A stretch of 63,819 nucleotides of DNA, filler included, from Octopus bimaculoides (GCF_001194135.2; 6 parts of 5 records of this genome joined end to end with filler, not necessarily neighbours in it), one strand, 5' to 3'; shown: positions 27,143 through 39,576, counted from the first letter of the whole stretch. Notes: generated by a model from the sequence alone, not told the origin. Numbers and translations are program-made.

Positions 27143-27242
27143 NNNNNNNNNNNNNNNNNNNNNNNNNNNNNNNNNNNNNNNNNNNNTTAATTAATTAANN
27201 NNNNNNNNNNNNNNNNNNNNNNNNNNNNNNNNNNNNNNNNNN
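27143..27242. other. Artificial scaffold linker N44-TTAATTAATTAA-N44
   Basis: Direct reading. Confidence 0.95.
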
Positions 27243-27279
27243 TGTGCCTTTAGTAGAAAGGATTATTATCATTACTATT

Positions 27280-27822
27280 GAGTGAGAGAGTAGTGCATGC
27301 CATCAAAGTGACACTGAGGTAAAATATACGAAGCCCAACATACCTATCATGACTCCCCGTCTGATAAGGGTACACCAGGCACATGCATCACAACTATATG
27401 TGCACAACATGGTGATCTCATATCAAGATTAACAGCGCACGATCTTGCAGGTGGGGCCCAGTTAGAATTTTTTTCAGGTCCAGTAGCCCATCCCGCTCAA
27501 AAGGTCCCTGAATAAGGTTTGTTTAAGGATGTTGAGCAAAACATGTTTCCAAAGGTGAATTATTCAAACCCCAAAGAATTCCTCTCAACACATGGCTATG
27601 ATGTTCCCCCACTACTTCTGCTCATGATCAGAGATGCACATATCCTCAGCCACCAAGGGACATGCTCAACTGGGTAAGGTCAAATAACTGACAAGCAAAT
27701 CTGTGGTATTGAGCAGAATATTTGCTGTAGCCCATCTTTAGACAAAACAATGTACATGATACCACTTCCAATCAATTAAGATCAGAAACCATGAGAGCCC
27801 CTGCCTGGTACTGCATCAGAGT
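27280..27822. mobile_element. Unclassified ~520-540 bp dispersed repeat (family D), copy 1
   Basis: Alignable end to end with 56135-56650 (gcatgccatc.aagt.acactg...gcccagttagaat...cagagatgcacatatc.tcagccaccaagggaca...gtattgagcagaatatttg). No ORF and no A/B boxes seen. Confidence 0.85.
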
Positions 27823-28164
27823 ATTATGTGGTACTCATTCACCCTCACTTGGATCCCAAATTATAATGTTAATTCTTAATTAAATAATATTATATTTTAA
27901 TCACTAACATCTTATTTCCCACAAGGTCTATCTTAATCTGCATATTTTTATGCCTATCCAACGATTTTCACAAAAAGATATCATTTACTCATTTTATCGA
28001 CTGACCGTTACGGTTAATCGCATATTTTAAAATCAAACTGCATACCGTTATTTTTTACAAGTAGTCTCTCAATAAACTTAAAATGGTTATTCCATGAGTT
28101 GGTAATCATGGTCTCTAATAAATACAAATTATAAATTATTGAAATATTTTGAATATTCACATTT

Positions 28165-28531
28165 ATCTGACGAACGTGCCTGTGTGGCAAGAAGCTTGCT
28201 TCCCAACCTCATACGTGGCACTTTGGACAAGTTTTCTCTATTATATCACCAAAGCTTTGTTAATGGATTTGATAGACGGAAACTCAAAGAAGCCTGTCGT
28301 ATAGTATTAAACACATTCGGTATGCAAATCAGGGACTCGTTCACAGAGTAACTGCTGTATTTGTCGAGTATATAAACAGTTTGGCTGCTTGTTTCTCAGG
28401 AGACTGTAAGAATGATGTGGACGCCTCTGATGAGAACCCAATAAAGTTCGAAAATCGATTAAGGTTGTTCATCCCTCTTTTCAGTCTGCGGAGAAATGGC
28501 TAAAATTTTCCCGGTTTATAATTATGCCATG

Positions 28532-28563
<32 letters not shown>

Positions 28564-29015
28564 NNNNNNNNNNNNNNNNNNNNNNNNNNNNNNNNNNNNN
28601 NNNNNNNNNNNNNNNNNNNNNNNNNNNNNNNNNNNNNNNNNNNNNNNNNNNNNNNNNNNNNNNNNNNNNNNNNNNNNNNNNNNNNNNNNNNNNNNNNNNN
28701 NNNNNNNNNNNNNNNNNNNNNNNNNNNNNNNNNNNNNNNNNNNNNNNNNNNNNNNNNNNNNNNNNNNNNNNNNNNNNNNNNNNNNNNNNNNNNNNTGTGT
28801 GTGTGTGTGTGTGTGTCTTTGTGCCCGGATTTGTCCGCCACCCATTGCTTAACAACAGGTGCTGGTGTGTTTACATCCCCCTAACTTAGCGGTTCGGCAA
28901 AAAAAATCCGCACGAGGTTTTAAAAAATAAGTACTAAGTAGATTTGTTTGATTAAATCCCTTCAAGACGGTGCCCCAGCATGGCCACAACTCAATAACTG
29001 CTACGAGTAAAAGGT
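28165..29015 (+). mobile_element. SINE family B (head 28165-28310, tail 28795-29015) interrupted by a hammerhead-bearing insert and an N gap
   Basis: Head gtgtggcaagaagcttgcttcccaacc...gacggaaactcaaagaagcctgtcg; tail gctggtgtgtttacatcccc...gtgccccagcatggcc. Confidence 0.8.
28418..28471 (+). ncRNA. Minimal type-I hammerhead ribozyme with fully canonical core
   Basis: tggacgcct-CTGATGA-gaac(ccaataaa)gttc-GAAA-atcga-UUA-aggttgttca. Stem I 9 bp with one bulge, stem II 4 bp, palindromic stem III aatcgatt; predicted cleavage after 28461. Confidence 0.8.
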
Positions 29016-29871
29016 AATCAGGACCACGTCACTTGGTGTGACTTTTGTATCGAAAAAGAGTGTGCTCATACTCACACACATACATACATACATACATACA
29101 TACATACACACACACACGTACGTACATACATACATATATGCATAGACATAGATACATACACACATACATACAAAATATGCAAGACTTTTCTCAAGTTCCA
29201 AATGTGAATTTGTGCTGACAACATCCCAAAGGTGGAGCCATGTGGCTCCCTCCTCAGTGGAAGATTAATAATAATCAAAAAATAGCAGTAACATATATAC
29301 AGACATACATACATACTCACACATACATACATACATACAAACATACATACATACATACATACAAACAAACAAAAATACCCTGTTGTTGATATTGAAATTC
29401 CAATAAAGGAACCTTGGATCTAGGTTTGAAACCGACTCTTCCTCTATTGGCTAGAAATTTTGAAATTAAGCTGAACAATGACATACATACATATGTGCAT
29501 ACATGCATACATACATACATACATACATACATGCATATATCAGTTAAAGTGGTGAGGAAGGCAAATAATTAGTCAAGGCAGGACTATGGCATTTAAATTC
29601 GTTTAATTCAGTCTAAAAATAGTAAAATAATATAAAACTGGTAAAGATATGAGTGATAGTCTCTGACTGCTGAACCACAACGACAGCAGCTGTTCTTACT
29701 GAAATTACATATTGGGATACTTACAGCGTATTCCTATTAGTTTAGGTTACTTTGACCTAAACTCCTCATGTACACACACACACAAACACACACACACATA
29801 TTGTGTGAAAAAAACTTCGAAGCGCCGAGTGGGTTGGTATTCGAAAGAAAATACAGAAATCCTAGAACGCA

Positions 29872-30192
29872 GGATGGCTGCCATGACAGCTTAGAAAATC
29901 GGTTAGATACCCTTAAGAGGCAGAAAAAAGTGGCTGTCAAACCTCTATAGAGATTCGAACACCGTACCTCTCAAACACCGGTGTTGGAAAACTCGTTTAT
30001 ATTCTCGGCGTTCTTATGCTTGACTACAGAATGTTCTCACATCCCGAAAGCTAGTATTTGCTGTCAGAGATCTCCCGCTCTGCGAGAATTTGAGAGGTCT
30101 GAATGTTCGACTCCCTGTAGAGGCGTGTGGCCACTTTTTTCTGTCTTTGAAGGGTATCAACTCAATCTTCTAAGCTGTCTTCAAAGCCATCC
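29872..30192. repeat. Diverged inverted repeat, arms ~104 bp (29872-29975 / 30089-30192), spacer ~113 bp
   Basis: Shared blocks ggatggct, gacagcttagaa, gataccctt, cagaaaaaagtggc, cctcta, tcgaaca and acctctcaaa occur in inverted order. Confidence 0.8.
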
Positions 30193-30252
30193 AGCCTTCG
30201 ACAATTCCCTTCTCTCTCCTTCTCTCTGTCTCTGTTTCTGTCTGTCTGTCTG

Positions 30253-30283
<31 letters not shown>

Positions 30284-30383
30284 NNNNNNNNNNNNNNNNN
30301 NNNNNNNNNNNNNNNNNNNNNNNNNNNTTAATTAATTAANNNNNNNNNNNNNNNNNNNNNNNNNNNNNNNNNNNNNNNNNNNN
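30284..30383. other. Artificial scaffold linker N44-TTAATTAATTAA-N44
   Basis: Direct reading. Confidence 0.95.
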
Positions 30384-30438
<55 letters not shown>

Positions 30439-30493
30439 GTAGATAGGTAGGTAGGTAGGTAGATAGGTAGGTAGGTAGGTAGGTAGGTAGGCA

Positions 30494-30712
30494 GGCGGCG
30501 AGCTGGCAGAAACGTTAGCACGCTGGGCGAAATGCTTAGCGATATTTCGTTCTGAGTTCAAATCCCGCCGAGGTCGACTATGCCTTTCATCCTTTCGGGG
30601 TCGATAAATTAAATACCAGTTACGCACTGGGGTCGATGTAATCAACTTAATCCATTTGTCGTCCTTGTTTGGCCCCTCTATGTTTAGCCCCTTGTGGGCA
30701 ATAAAGAAATAA
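30494..30712 (+). mobile_element. SINE family A, well preserved
   Basis: ggcggcgagctggcagaaacgttagcacgc (A-box-like), gagttcaaatccc (B box), body ctttcatcctttcggggtcgataaatt, tail aataaagaaat. Confidence 0.85.
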
Positions 30713-31050
30713 GAGACAATATACAATTTGTGTATTCTTTCTCATACTTTTTCTACAACATGCCTCAAAGACCATATCATATCGATCGAACGTCTATAGA
30801 TCCATCTGAAGCCACTGTGTGGGGGAGATACAAATATATATAACTTATTTCTACATGATCAGTATGTTTAGGATGTGATGAGCCAGGATGTTACCGACAA
30901 CACAAAGAAGAGAAATGCCACGGAGGCTATCATAAGCTATTTTATTGCCTTTATTTTTGGTAAAGATGTATGATGGAAGCACACTTTTGCATCGGAAAGC
31001 ATACCAGTAGTTCCAACTTAGCGCGAAGATTCCAGTAGTTTAGGACTCAG

Positions 31051-31150
31051 TTTCATACACCTACAGGTTCCACGAGGAATGCCATTTTTACCTATAGAGT
31101 TTTCATACACCTACAGGTTTCACGAGGAATACCATTTTTACCTGTAAAGT
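31051..31150. repeat. 50-bp tandem duplication (2 copies, 4 mismatches)
   Basis: tttcatacacctacaggtt(c/t)cacgaggaat(g/a)ccatttttacct(a/g)ta(g/a)agt twice. Confidence 0.9.
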
Positions 31151-32554
31151 TACCAAACTGCCAAATAGTATTTATTTAATTGTAGCTTGAACTAACTACA
31201 TGAAAGTTATATTTATATGCAAATTGGACCGTTTCAGGTTAAATTATCTTTGTGGATCTGTTGCAAGGATATCTCTGGTAATTAAAGAGTCAGTATCCAA
31301 AACAGTCTCAAAGTATTTCTTCCATCTTTGTAAAATCTCATTTTTTCATTCAGCAGTTTTATACAATTTGTATCGGAATCGGGACGCGAACCACAGATTT
31401 ATAATCCATAAACGCTTTTCATGGAATGCTTTAATTCCTTCCTATCTGTTACATGTTGGATCTTATTTCTTTACCGCTTCCATCAAATATCTCTCATATC
31501 TTTAAAGACTTGTGTACCGATCTCCTTAGCTCAAGGTAAGTCTTTTCTCTGGCTTGGAATTTTTTCTCAGATATCCACTTCTCGTGTGCTGTCTGCAATC
31601 TTCCTAAGAGAAAATTAATTTCAAGGTTTCTCTTCTCAAATGAATACCAATGCTTAAGATGGAGAAATCTAAGTATTTCAAAGGAAACAAAGTATGTTGC
31701 TTATTTGAGGTACCTCTCAAATTCTTCAACATTTATTATAAATATTCACATTTCAGACATACAACTAATTTATCTTAGAGCTCTGAATCGTTAACTTCAG
31801 CCTTGAGAGACTTGACATTTATACATCTAGAAGCTTTGATATTCTAATATCGTTGCGTTCCTAAATTCAGAGCGCTTCGACAGTCAACAAGCGGTATGAG
31901 ATTAACGAAAAGAAAGAACGTAATTTTGTTTAATTTATTGATGTTTGTATAATCAACGGGTTGCATAATCATTATTTATAATCACCAGTTTGCACATTTA
32001 CGAGATTATGCAATCAACAGATTGTATAATCCGATTACATAATCGTTCGGGTGATTACGCAGTTAATTAAATGCTAGTCCTTTGAGTTAGAATACATCCA
32101 AGTTATTTCATCGTTATTTAGTTGCTAGAACAGTTTGCTTGCGACTGAGAGGCAAAATTCATAGCAAAATGACAACCGATACAGGTCAATGACAATCGTA
32201 TTTAATACACTGCGCTTTAACATTTACACCAGACCAAGTATCAGAGTCACAAAGCAGTAGGATCTAATTCTTACGAGAGACTTTTAAGATGGCTGAATGT
32301 AAATTGTTATAGTCATTATATGACGGAATCGAAATATAGAAGTTTACTAAATATGCTGAGTTCTCCTTCCTTTCGATCTACATTTGATGTCACAATGCGA
32401 TAAAATTGACTTTGATGAAGTTATAAGGGATCTTCTATCAATGGTAGTTTTTATCTGTGCAATATCACACACGTGTATGTATATCTCTCCGGATATCTTC
32501 CCACCTATCAAAGAAGAATTGCAACGAAGTAGTTCTTCATAGATATATCCGAGG

Positions 32555-32655
32555 ATATAGTAGAAGACACTTGCCGAAGGTGCCACGCAGTGGACTGAAC
32601 CCGGAACCATGTAGTTGGGAAGCAAGTCCCTTAAATACACAGCCACGCCTGCACC
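32555..32655 (-). mobile_element. SINE family B head
   Basis: gtagaagacacttgccgaaggtgccacgcagtggactgaacccggaaccatg is the reverse complement of the family B head. Confidence 0.8.
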
Positions 32656-33808
32656 TATTTATTTATGTTAATCTGTTATTATTTGCTGATTTCCTCTAAA
32701 CCATATGTATATTGAGTTCTAACACGAGATTACAAAGCATCGCCACATTTTCAGGAGAATAAATTTATGTTATATTTGGCAGTGACTTCGAATTTTGCGT
32801 TTACTTGTCCTCGTCTGATGAAATCAACTGCGCTGAAACTTCGAAGTCTCTGTCAGCTTTTCCTTTATGAACGTTACGCGCGCGCGTGTATATGTGTGTG
32901 AGTGTGTGTGTGTGTATGTAAACATACATACATGCAAACACACATACACACATAAATATATACGCACACACGTGTATGCACACATATACATGTGTATGTA
33001 TGTATGCATGTATGTATATATATATATATATATNNNNNNNNNNNNNNNNNNNNNNNNNNNNNNNNNNNNNNNNNNNNNNNNNNNNNNNNNNNNNNNNNNN
33101 NNNNNNNNNNNNNNNNNNNNNNNNNNNNNNNNNNNNNNNNNNNNNNNNNNNNNNNNNNNNNNNNNNNNNNNNNNNNNNNNNNNNNNNNNNNNNNNNNNNN
33201 NNNNNNNNNNNNNNNNNNNNNNNNNNNNNNNNNNNNNNNNNNNNNNNNNNNNNNNNNNNNNNNNNNNNNNNNNNNNNNNNNNNNNNNNNNNNNNNNNNNN
33301 NNNNNNNNNNNNNNNNNNNNNNNNNNNNNNNNNNNNNNNNNNNNNNNNNNNNNNNNNNNNNNNNNNNNNNNNNNNNNNNNNNNNNNNNNNNNNNNNNNNN
33401 NNNNNNNNNNNNNNNNNNNNNNNNNNNNNNNNNNNNNNNNNNNNNNNNNNNNNNNNNNNNNNNNNNNNNNNNNNNNNNNNNNNNNNNNNNNNNNNNNNNN
33501 NNNNNNNNNNNNNNNNNNNNNNNNNNNNNNNNNNNNNNNNNNNNNNNNNNNNNNNNNNNNNNNNNNNNNNNNNNNNNNNNNNNNNNNNNNNNNNNNNNNN
33601 NNNNNNNNNNNNNNNNNNGGAAGAAGAGAAGAAGAAGAGGTGTTCTTTCGATCGTTTCCCTTCGTTCGTGTGAGTAAATCTACTTAGAAGAGCCACAGAC
33701 AGGCTTTGAGATACGCGACCAGATCTGGTGACCCCATCTCAAGCATTTTGTCTTAGCATAGAAATACACATACAGAAACATAAACACACATACACACGCA
33801 TACTCACT

Positions 33809-33853
<45 letters not shown>

Positions 33854-34245
33854 CTACGGATACGCATGTGCAAATACAAACCCATTATAAAAACTTTCAG
33901 AGAAATACATGCACAGGTATATACATATAAGCGTAGATGCATACATATAACATATGTGTATGTATGTAATGTGTGTATATGTATGTATGTATGTAGGTAT
34001 GTATGTACGTATGTATGTATGTATGTATGTATGTATGTATGTATAGAACAAAAATGATCTCAAAAATATTTCATACGCACGCCGAGAGAAGGTGAGAGAA
34101 AAGAGACAATGGAGAGTGATTTGAGGCATAGATATAGCCAGAGAGGAAAAGATGGATAGAGAGAGGGAAGGAGGGAGTTACAGACAGACATATAGACCGA
34201 TAGAGAGACAGATACATAAATAGACAGACAGACAGACAGACAAAC

Positions 34246-34322
<77 letters not shown>

Positions 34323-34672
34323 TGGAAATGATTATTCAAAATATCCGCCATCTTTGCAGATGTCTGCTTTCATAAAATTGCCTCCATCCTCTTCCACCTT
34401 CTTATGTTTCCTTAATTATCTTCAAACTATTACACTAGCATTACCAGCCAATGAGTCTTCGCGTATATTTACTCCCACTCACATATTATATGCATACAAA
34501 ACATCATGCACTGAGGCATAAGCATGTAATACACGCATTCACACAAATTGTATTTATATAGTCACACAAACGTACGCATACAGATACATATTCATACAGA
34601 CATATACACGAAATTTCGCAAATACATCCAGGCACACAGATTTACATATATATATATATATATATATATATA

Positions 34673-34772
34673 NNNNNNNNNNNNNNNNNNNNNNNNNNNN
34701 NNNNNNNNNNNNNNNNTTAATTAATTAANNNNNNNNNNNNNNNNNNNNNNNNNNNNNNNNNNNNNNNNNNNN
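34673..34772. other. Artificial scaffold linker N44-TTAATTAATTAA-N44
   Basis: Direct reading. Confidence 0.95.
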
Positions 34773-34804
<32 letters not shown>

Positions 34805-37137
34805 GCCACTGGATCAATTTCCAGTTAGAATCATTGTACTGTTACTGGTATTGTTTTCTTCTTATTCACTTTCAGACCGATCAATATTTCGAGAAGGACC
34901 AACATTATTTCTCTCGCTATTTTCGGGGTTATTCCCCCAGACTTTAGTTTTTACTTTGTGAAAAAAGAAAGATGCATTAACGTTTTTATGAGAATGAGAA
35001 ACCACGAAACACGAAACATTCTCAGGAAAGAAATTTCTTTCAATATTCTGTTAACAGAAAGTTGTTTTCTTGCATTGCTTCATATTATGTCCTCGTTAGC
35101 TTGTCGTTATCATGCAAGCATATTCCTATATACGAATAATTAACTTTTAATTTAGTATTTTCATTGAATTTGAGTGTTTTGGTTCAGCACTATTGAAGCG
35201 GCTTTGGAGTAGGATGTTCTACGACTTTTTTATTTTATATCTTGAAATTATTAAATACGATTTCTGTCAAAATTTATTTTAACAACAATGTTGTTATTGT
35301 GATCACTCTTCTATGTCAGGCATAACATATCATTATAATCATGATATTGCTCCTATTCAATAATAGAAGCACATGTTGCGTTAAACACACACTTTCAATA
35401 TTTCTTCTTACCTACATTTCACCACTGTGATTTATTAGAACTCTGCTTTGGATTTCCTAGTGTAATTTGTTATGTAACTACGGTGGATTATCAGAGGATA
35501 GTAGTTGTAGTCGTACACATCATCTAAAAGAAAATAAAACTAATTTTAAAAAGTGAAAATTATATGAACTGGTTTTTGGATGGGAGATAATAGTTTGATA
35601 ATAGTTTGATGAAGCTGAAGGCTTTCAGCTTCATCTCCGGCATCTATAAGACTCCAGTACACGCCGTATACGTTTGTAGCGCTGTTCTTGGAAGGTGTTT
35701 GAACATCTCGTTGATCTTCATCACCGATCAGGCATTGGTGTTGCAGGTACTGTGGTTGGTGTCTTTCTCAACTACGCCCTACACATAATGACCCATAAGA
35801 TAAAATTATCAGAATCAGGATATGAATTGAGTCTACGTTCAAAGATGCAGAATGTACGGACACAGTCAGCAGGCTTGTCGAAACACTTCCCACTGAGCAC
35901 AGATACTTAGTCTCAGGTGTGGCTGTGTTCTTGTCACGTTTCACAGTTTTACTTTGTTGACAAATCATTTAGCTGCAGTCAGGAAGTTGCGCAATCACCA
36001 TCATATAGGTAAGTCTTTTCTAACATTCAGAAGTTTTCCAGTCTTACATTTCATCAATTTTTTCTCGACTACACTTTAATAATTACGTTGTTCTCTAACA
36101 CCGCTGAAAGTTAAGCAATATGTCAAATCGTTTCTGACAGAAGGAGAAGAGATATAAAAATATTCAAATATAGCCCGATTAGCGTGTGTAATATATATAT
36201 ATATATATANNNNNNNNNNNNNNNNNNNNNNNNNNNNNNNNNNNNNNNNNNNNNNNNNNNNNNNNNNNNNNNNNNNNNNNNNNNNNNNNNNNNNNNNNNN
36301 NNNNNNNNNNNNNNNNNNNNNNNNNNNNNNNNNNNNNNNNNNNNNNNNNNNNNNNNNNNNNNNNNNNNNNNNNNNNNNNNNNNNNNNNNNNNNNNNNNNN
36401 NNNNNNNNNNNNNNNNNNNNNNNNNNNNNNNNNNNNNNNNNNNNNNNNNNNNNNNNNNNNNNNNNNNNNNNNNNNNNNNNNNNNNNNNNNNNNNNNNNNN
36501 TATATGTTGTTGCGTTTCGGTATGGTAATTCTAATTATTATTACTTTCTCTTTTGTTGCCATATAAACAGAAACACACATACATATATCTGAAAAGAAAA
36601 TCACACGTATAAGTATTTGGCTCCGTCCAAAATATGGTTACTTAATATTTACGCAGGGAATTGTTTCAAATGTTAATTTTTTTCAATGATTAAATATTAC
36701 TACTACGACAACGCATTTTTATTCATGATGTTTTAATGAATTATTAGATTAATTAACACAAAAATCGCAAATATCCCTTTCTTTATAAATCTCTAATTCA
36801 TACTGTAATCCTCTTATGTTGGAATAAATGAAATTATTTGAGGAATAAGCTGTTGAATTATCGCGGTCGGGTTTTATTTTCTTCTTCGAAGCGTATGCTA
36901 TGGTATTTACGCCTTATAAATTTATTCTATATATGCAAATTCTACATGAATATGAATATTAATGTAATTCTAGGATTTTAATGCGCTAAAATATAGTTCT
37001 AATACAGTCATCTATTTGTCGCCCATATATTGTTCTGTGTAGTTTCATATACATACATACATACATACATATATACATACATGCATACATACATATATAT
37101 ATACATACATACACACACACACACATACACACACACG

Positions 37138-37175
<38 letters not shown>

Positions 37176-37462
37176 AATGTATGTGTGGTTTTTCAATGTG
37201 TACAAATAACACGGAAATAATAAATAAATAGTTACCAGGATAGCAAAAATTCACATATGTGCCACGGATTTTGCAGCATACGTATAAAGGTAGACATTCC
37301 AGGGTTAAGTGAAATGTTTTTCTATAACCGATGTATTAAGAAATAGAGTCAAACGCAGGTGTTATTCAAATTTTGAGTAACACTTGCGATCGACAGCATT
37401 TCTTAATCTATCTGTCTGTATGTCTGTCTGTATGTGTGTCTGTCTGTCCGTCTGCTTGCCTG

Positions 37463-37497
<35 letters not shown>

Positions 37498-38799
37498 NNN
37501 NNNNNNNNNNNNNNNNNNNNNNNNNNNNNNNNNNNNNNNNNNNNNNNNNNNNNNNNNNNNNNNNNNNNNNNNNNNNNNNNNNNNNNNNNNNNNNNNNNNN
37601 NNNNNNNNNNNNNNNNNNNNNNNNNNNNNNNNNNNNNNNNNNNNNNNNNNNNNNNNNNNNNNNNNNNNNNNNNNNNNNNNNNNNNNNNNNNNNNNNNNNN
37701 NNNNNNNNNNNNNNNNNNNNNNNNNNNNNNNNATATATATATATATATATATGGAACTCATTTTCAAAAAAATATTTTAATCAATATATGACACTTCCAT
37801 CTATCATGTTAATCATTCAAATATATACGCTGACGTCACATAATGTGAAACTAGCTCACATCACTAACACCAGATGTCTCTTACTGTTCAGTTTTATCAT
37901 GCCCTCAGTAGTATTTAATTAGATTCAGAATGGTATAACGCATAAGAATAACTTTAGAGAGCGGAAATATAAAAGAACGAGCTTAACCGAAAATAAACTC
38001 TTGATAAAAATCAAGACGCAAATATAAAAAAATAACAATAGTTGCCGAAAATTCATCAATGACTTGGGAAGAAATAGTCATAAGGCGTACTTCATAGAGT
38101 GAAATGGAACTCCATTCAACGATCTTGTCTATTCTATGCACAGGAGTAATATTTCTCTGTAATATAAACCTGGGATGTTTATGAAGCCAGGTTTAATGGG
38201 AATAATTACATTCATACAACTAGAAAATATAGTAATATATACGAAATTGCATTTAAACAAATAAAGCACATAAGAGATTACAAGGAAAATACACATACGA
38301 TATATTCCGTCTGGTTACGTATAGAACTAATGGATTAAAATTGAGCAATGCTGTCATCATTCAGGCAAAATCTTGGAAGTGACGTCTAAACATAAATATG
38401 ACAAATTTGCCTGTAGCAAGTAACGCCAACGTAATCCCTACTTATTCAAACTATGGTAGCTTCTGTCAGTGTTGAGAGAGAAAATATATATCTACGTAGA
38501 CAATGTATATCTAGTTTTGTGGGATTCCGCGATATATAAAAGAGTTCAAGAATGATAGATATATATATATTAATGTCTCAGAGGTATGCTTTGTAAAAGA
38601 CTATTACTGTGATGGATAAACAGTCGGTTGTCGTTCAGTAGAAAAGGAAATAATCTCTGAAATATTCAATGTTCTAAAATGTTTGGCTGTATAAACCAGA
38701 ATATGCTAATATCGATTGAAACATGGGCGTCAATTTTATTGCACGACTGATTATGTTACAAACTAGGGTGTATTTTACTCCTCCTATAATGGTGTCAAC

Positions 38800-39210
38800 A
38801 TTTGCACACGGCCGGCAAGTTCAGAGGAGGGTTCAGAGGATCATGTTGTCCCCAGTACTCCACTGGTATTTATTTTATCGACTCTGAAGGGATGAAATGT
38901 AAAATGATATGCCGCTAAGCATTTTGCCTGGCCTTCTAAATATGCTGCCAGCTGACCGCCTTGAATTTGCTCCCATTAAAACAAAGGGGATATGTGGCGA
39001 GCCGGTTGCTTAGTTAGCACGCCGGAGGGAAATGATCAGTGGTATTTTAACCGGCTTTGTGTTCTGAGTTAGAATTCCGCACAGACCGATTTTATCTTTC
39101 ATTCTCTTGGACTAGATAAAATAAATTGCCGGTAAAATCTGGGATCGATGTAAATTTGTAGCCCCTTTCCGAAATATTTCAGAAATTTTGCTTATAATAG
39201 GAAGGATTGC
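38800..39210. mobile_element. Two degenerate family A SINEs head-to-head (38800-38965 minus; 38990-39210 plus)
   Basis: ccgctaagcattttgcctggc...ctgccagctgaccgcc (minus) and gtggcgagccgg...ttagcacgccgg...gttctgagttagaattccg (plus). Confidence 0.7.
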
Positions 39211-39437
39211 AATGAAGTTGAATAAAAGCATATAATGTGAAACAAGATTATATTTCCCGTGTTACTTTATCCGAATGCCTAGCGTTTCATATAATCCAGG
39301 GGTATTTCGTGTACGAAATTCCAAAGAAATGATACATATGCGTAAATTTTTTGAATATATATATATAAACAATAATACATCTCTTAGCGATGTATAAACA
39401 TTAGCTGCACGACATTGTGAAATATATCTGCCATCTG

Positions 39438-39572
39438 TGGCTAGCCCTTAAGGGTTGATGCTACTGTAGCTTGTAGCCTGAGGAAGACATCTCTTCCAGC
39501 TGGCTATTGACATACTGGAGGAGATGTCTTTCTGAGGCTACAAGCTACATTAACATCAACCCTTAACGTTTA

Positions 39573-39576
<4 letters not shown>
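39438..39576. repeat. Foldback element: 62-bp inverted arms, 15-nt loop (MITE-like or hairpin RNA)
   Basis: Arms 39438-39499 and 39515-39576 match at 54 of 62 positions; 3 of the 8 differences are G-U pairs on the + strand. Confidence 0.9.

Noticed and set aside
27760-27820. Short resemblances to U2 snRNA in family D
   Set aside because: Two short patches with the wrong spacing and no Sm site.
29394-29445. aacct/aggtt stem followed by GAAAC
   Set aside because: The core reads CCAATAA, too far from CUGANGA in this copy; it might be a decayed family member.
34860-34945. gggg/cccc stem plus GAAA on minus
   Set aside because: The core heptamer and cleavage triplet/stem I are absent.
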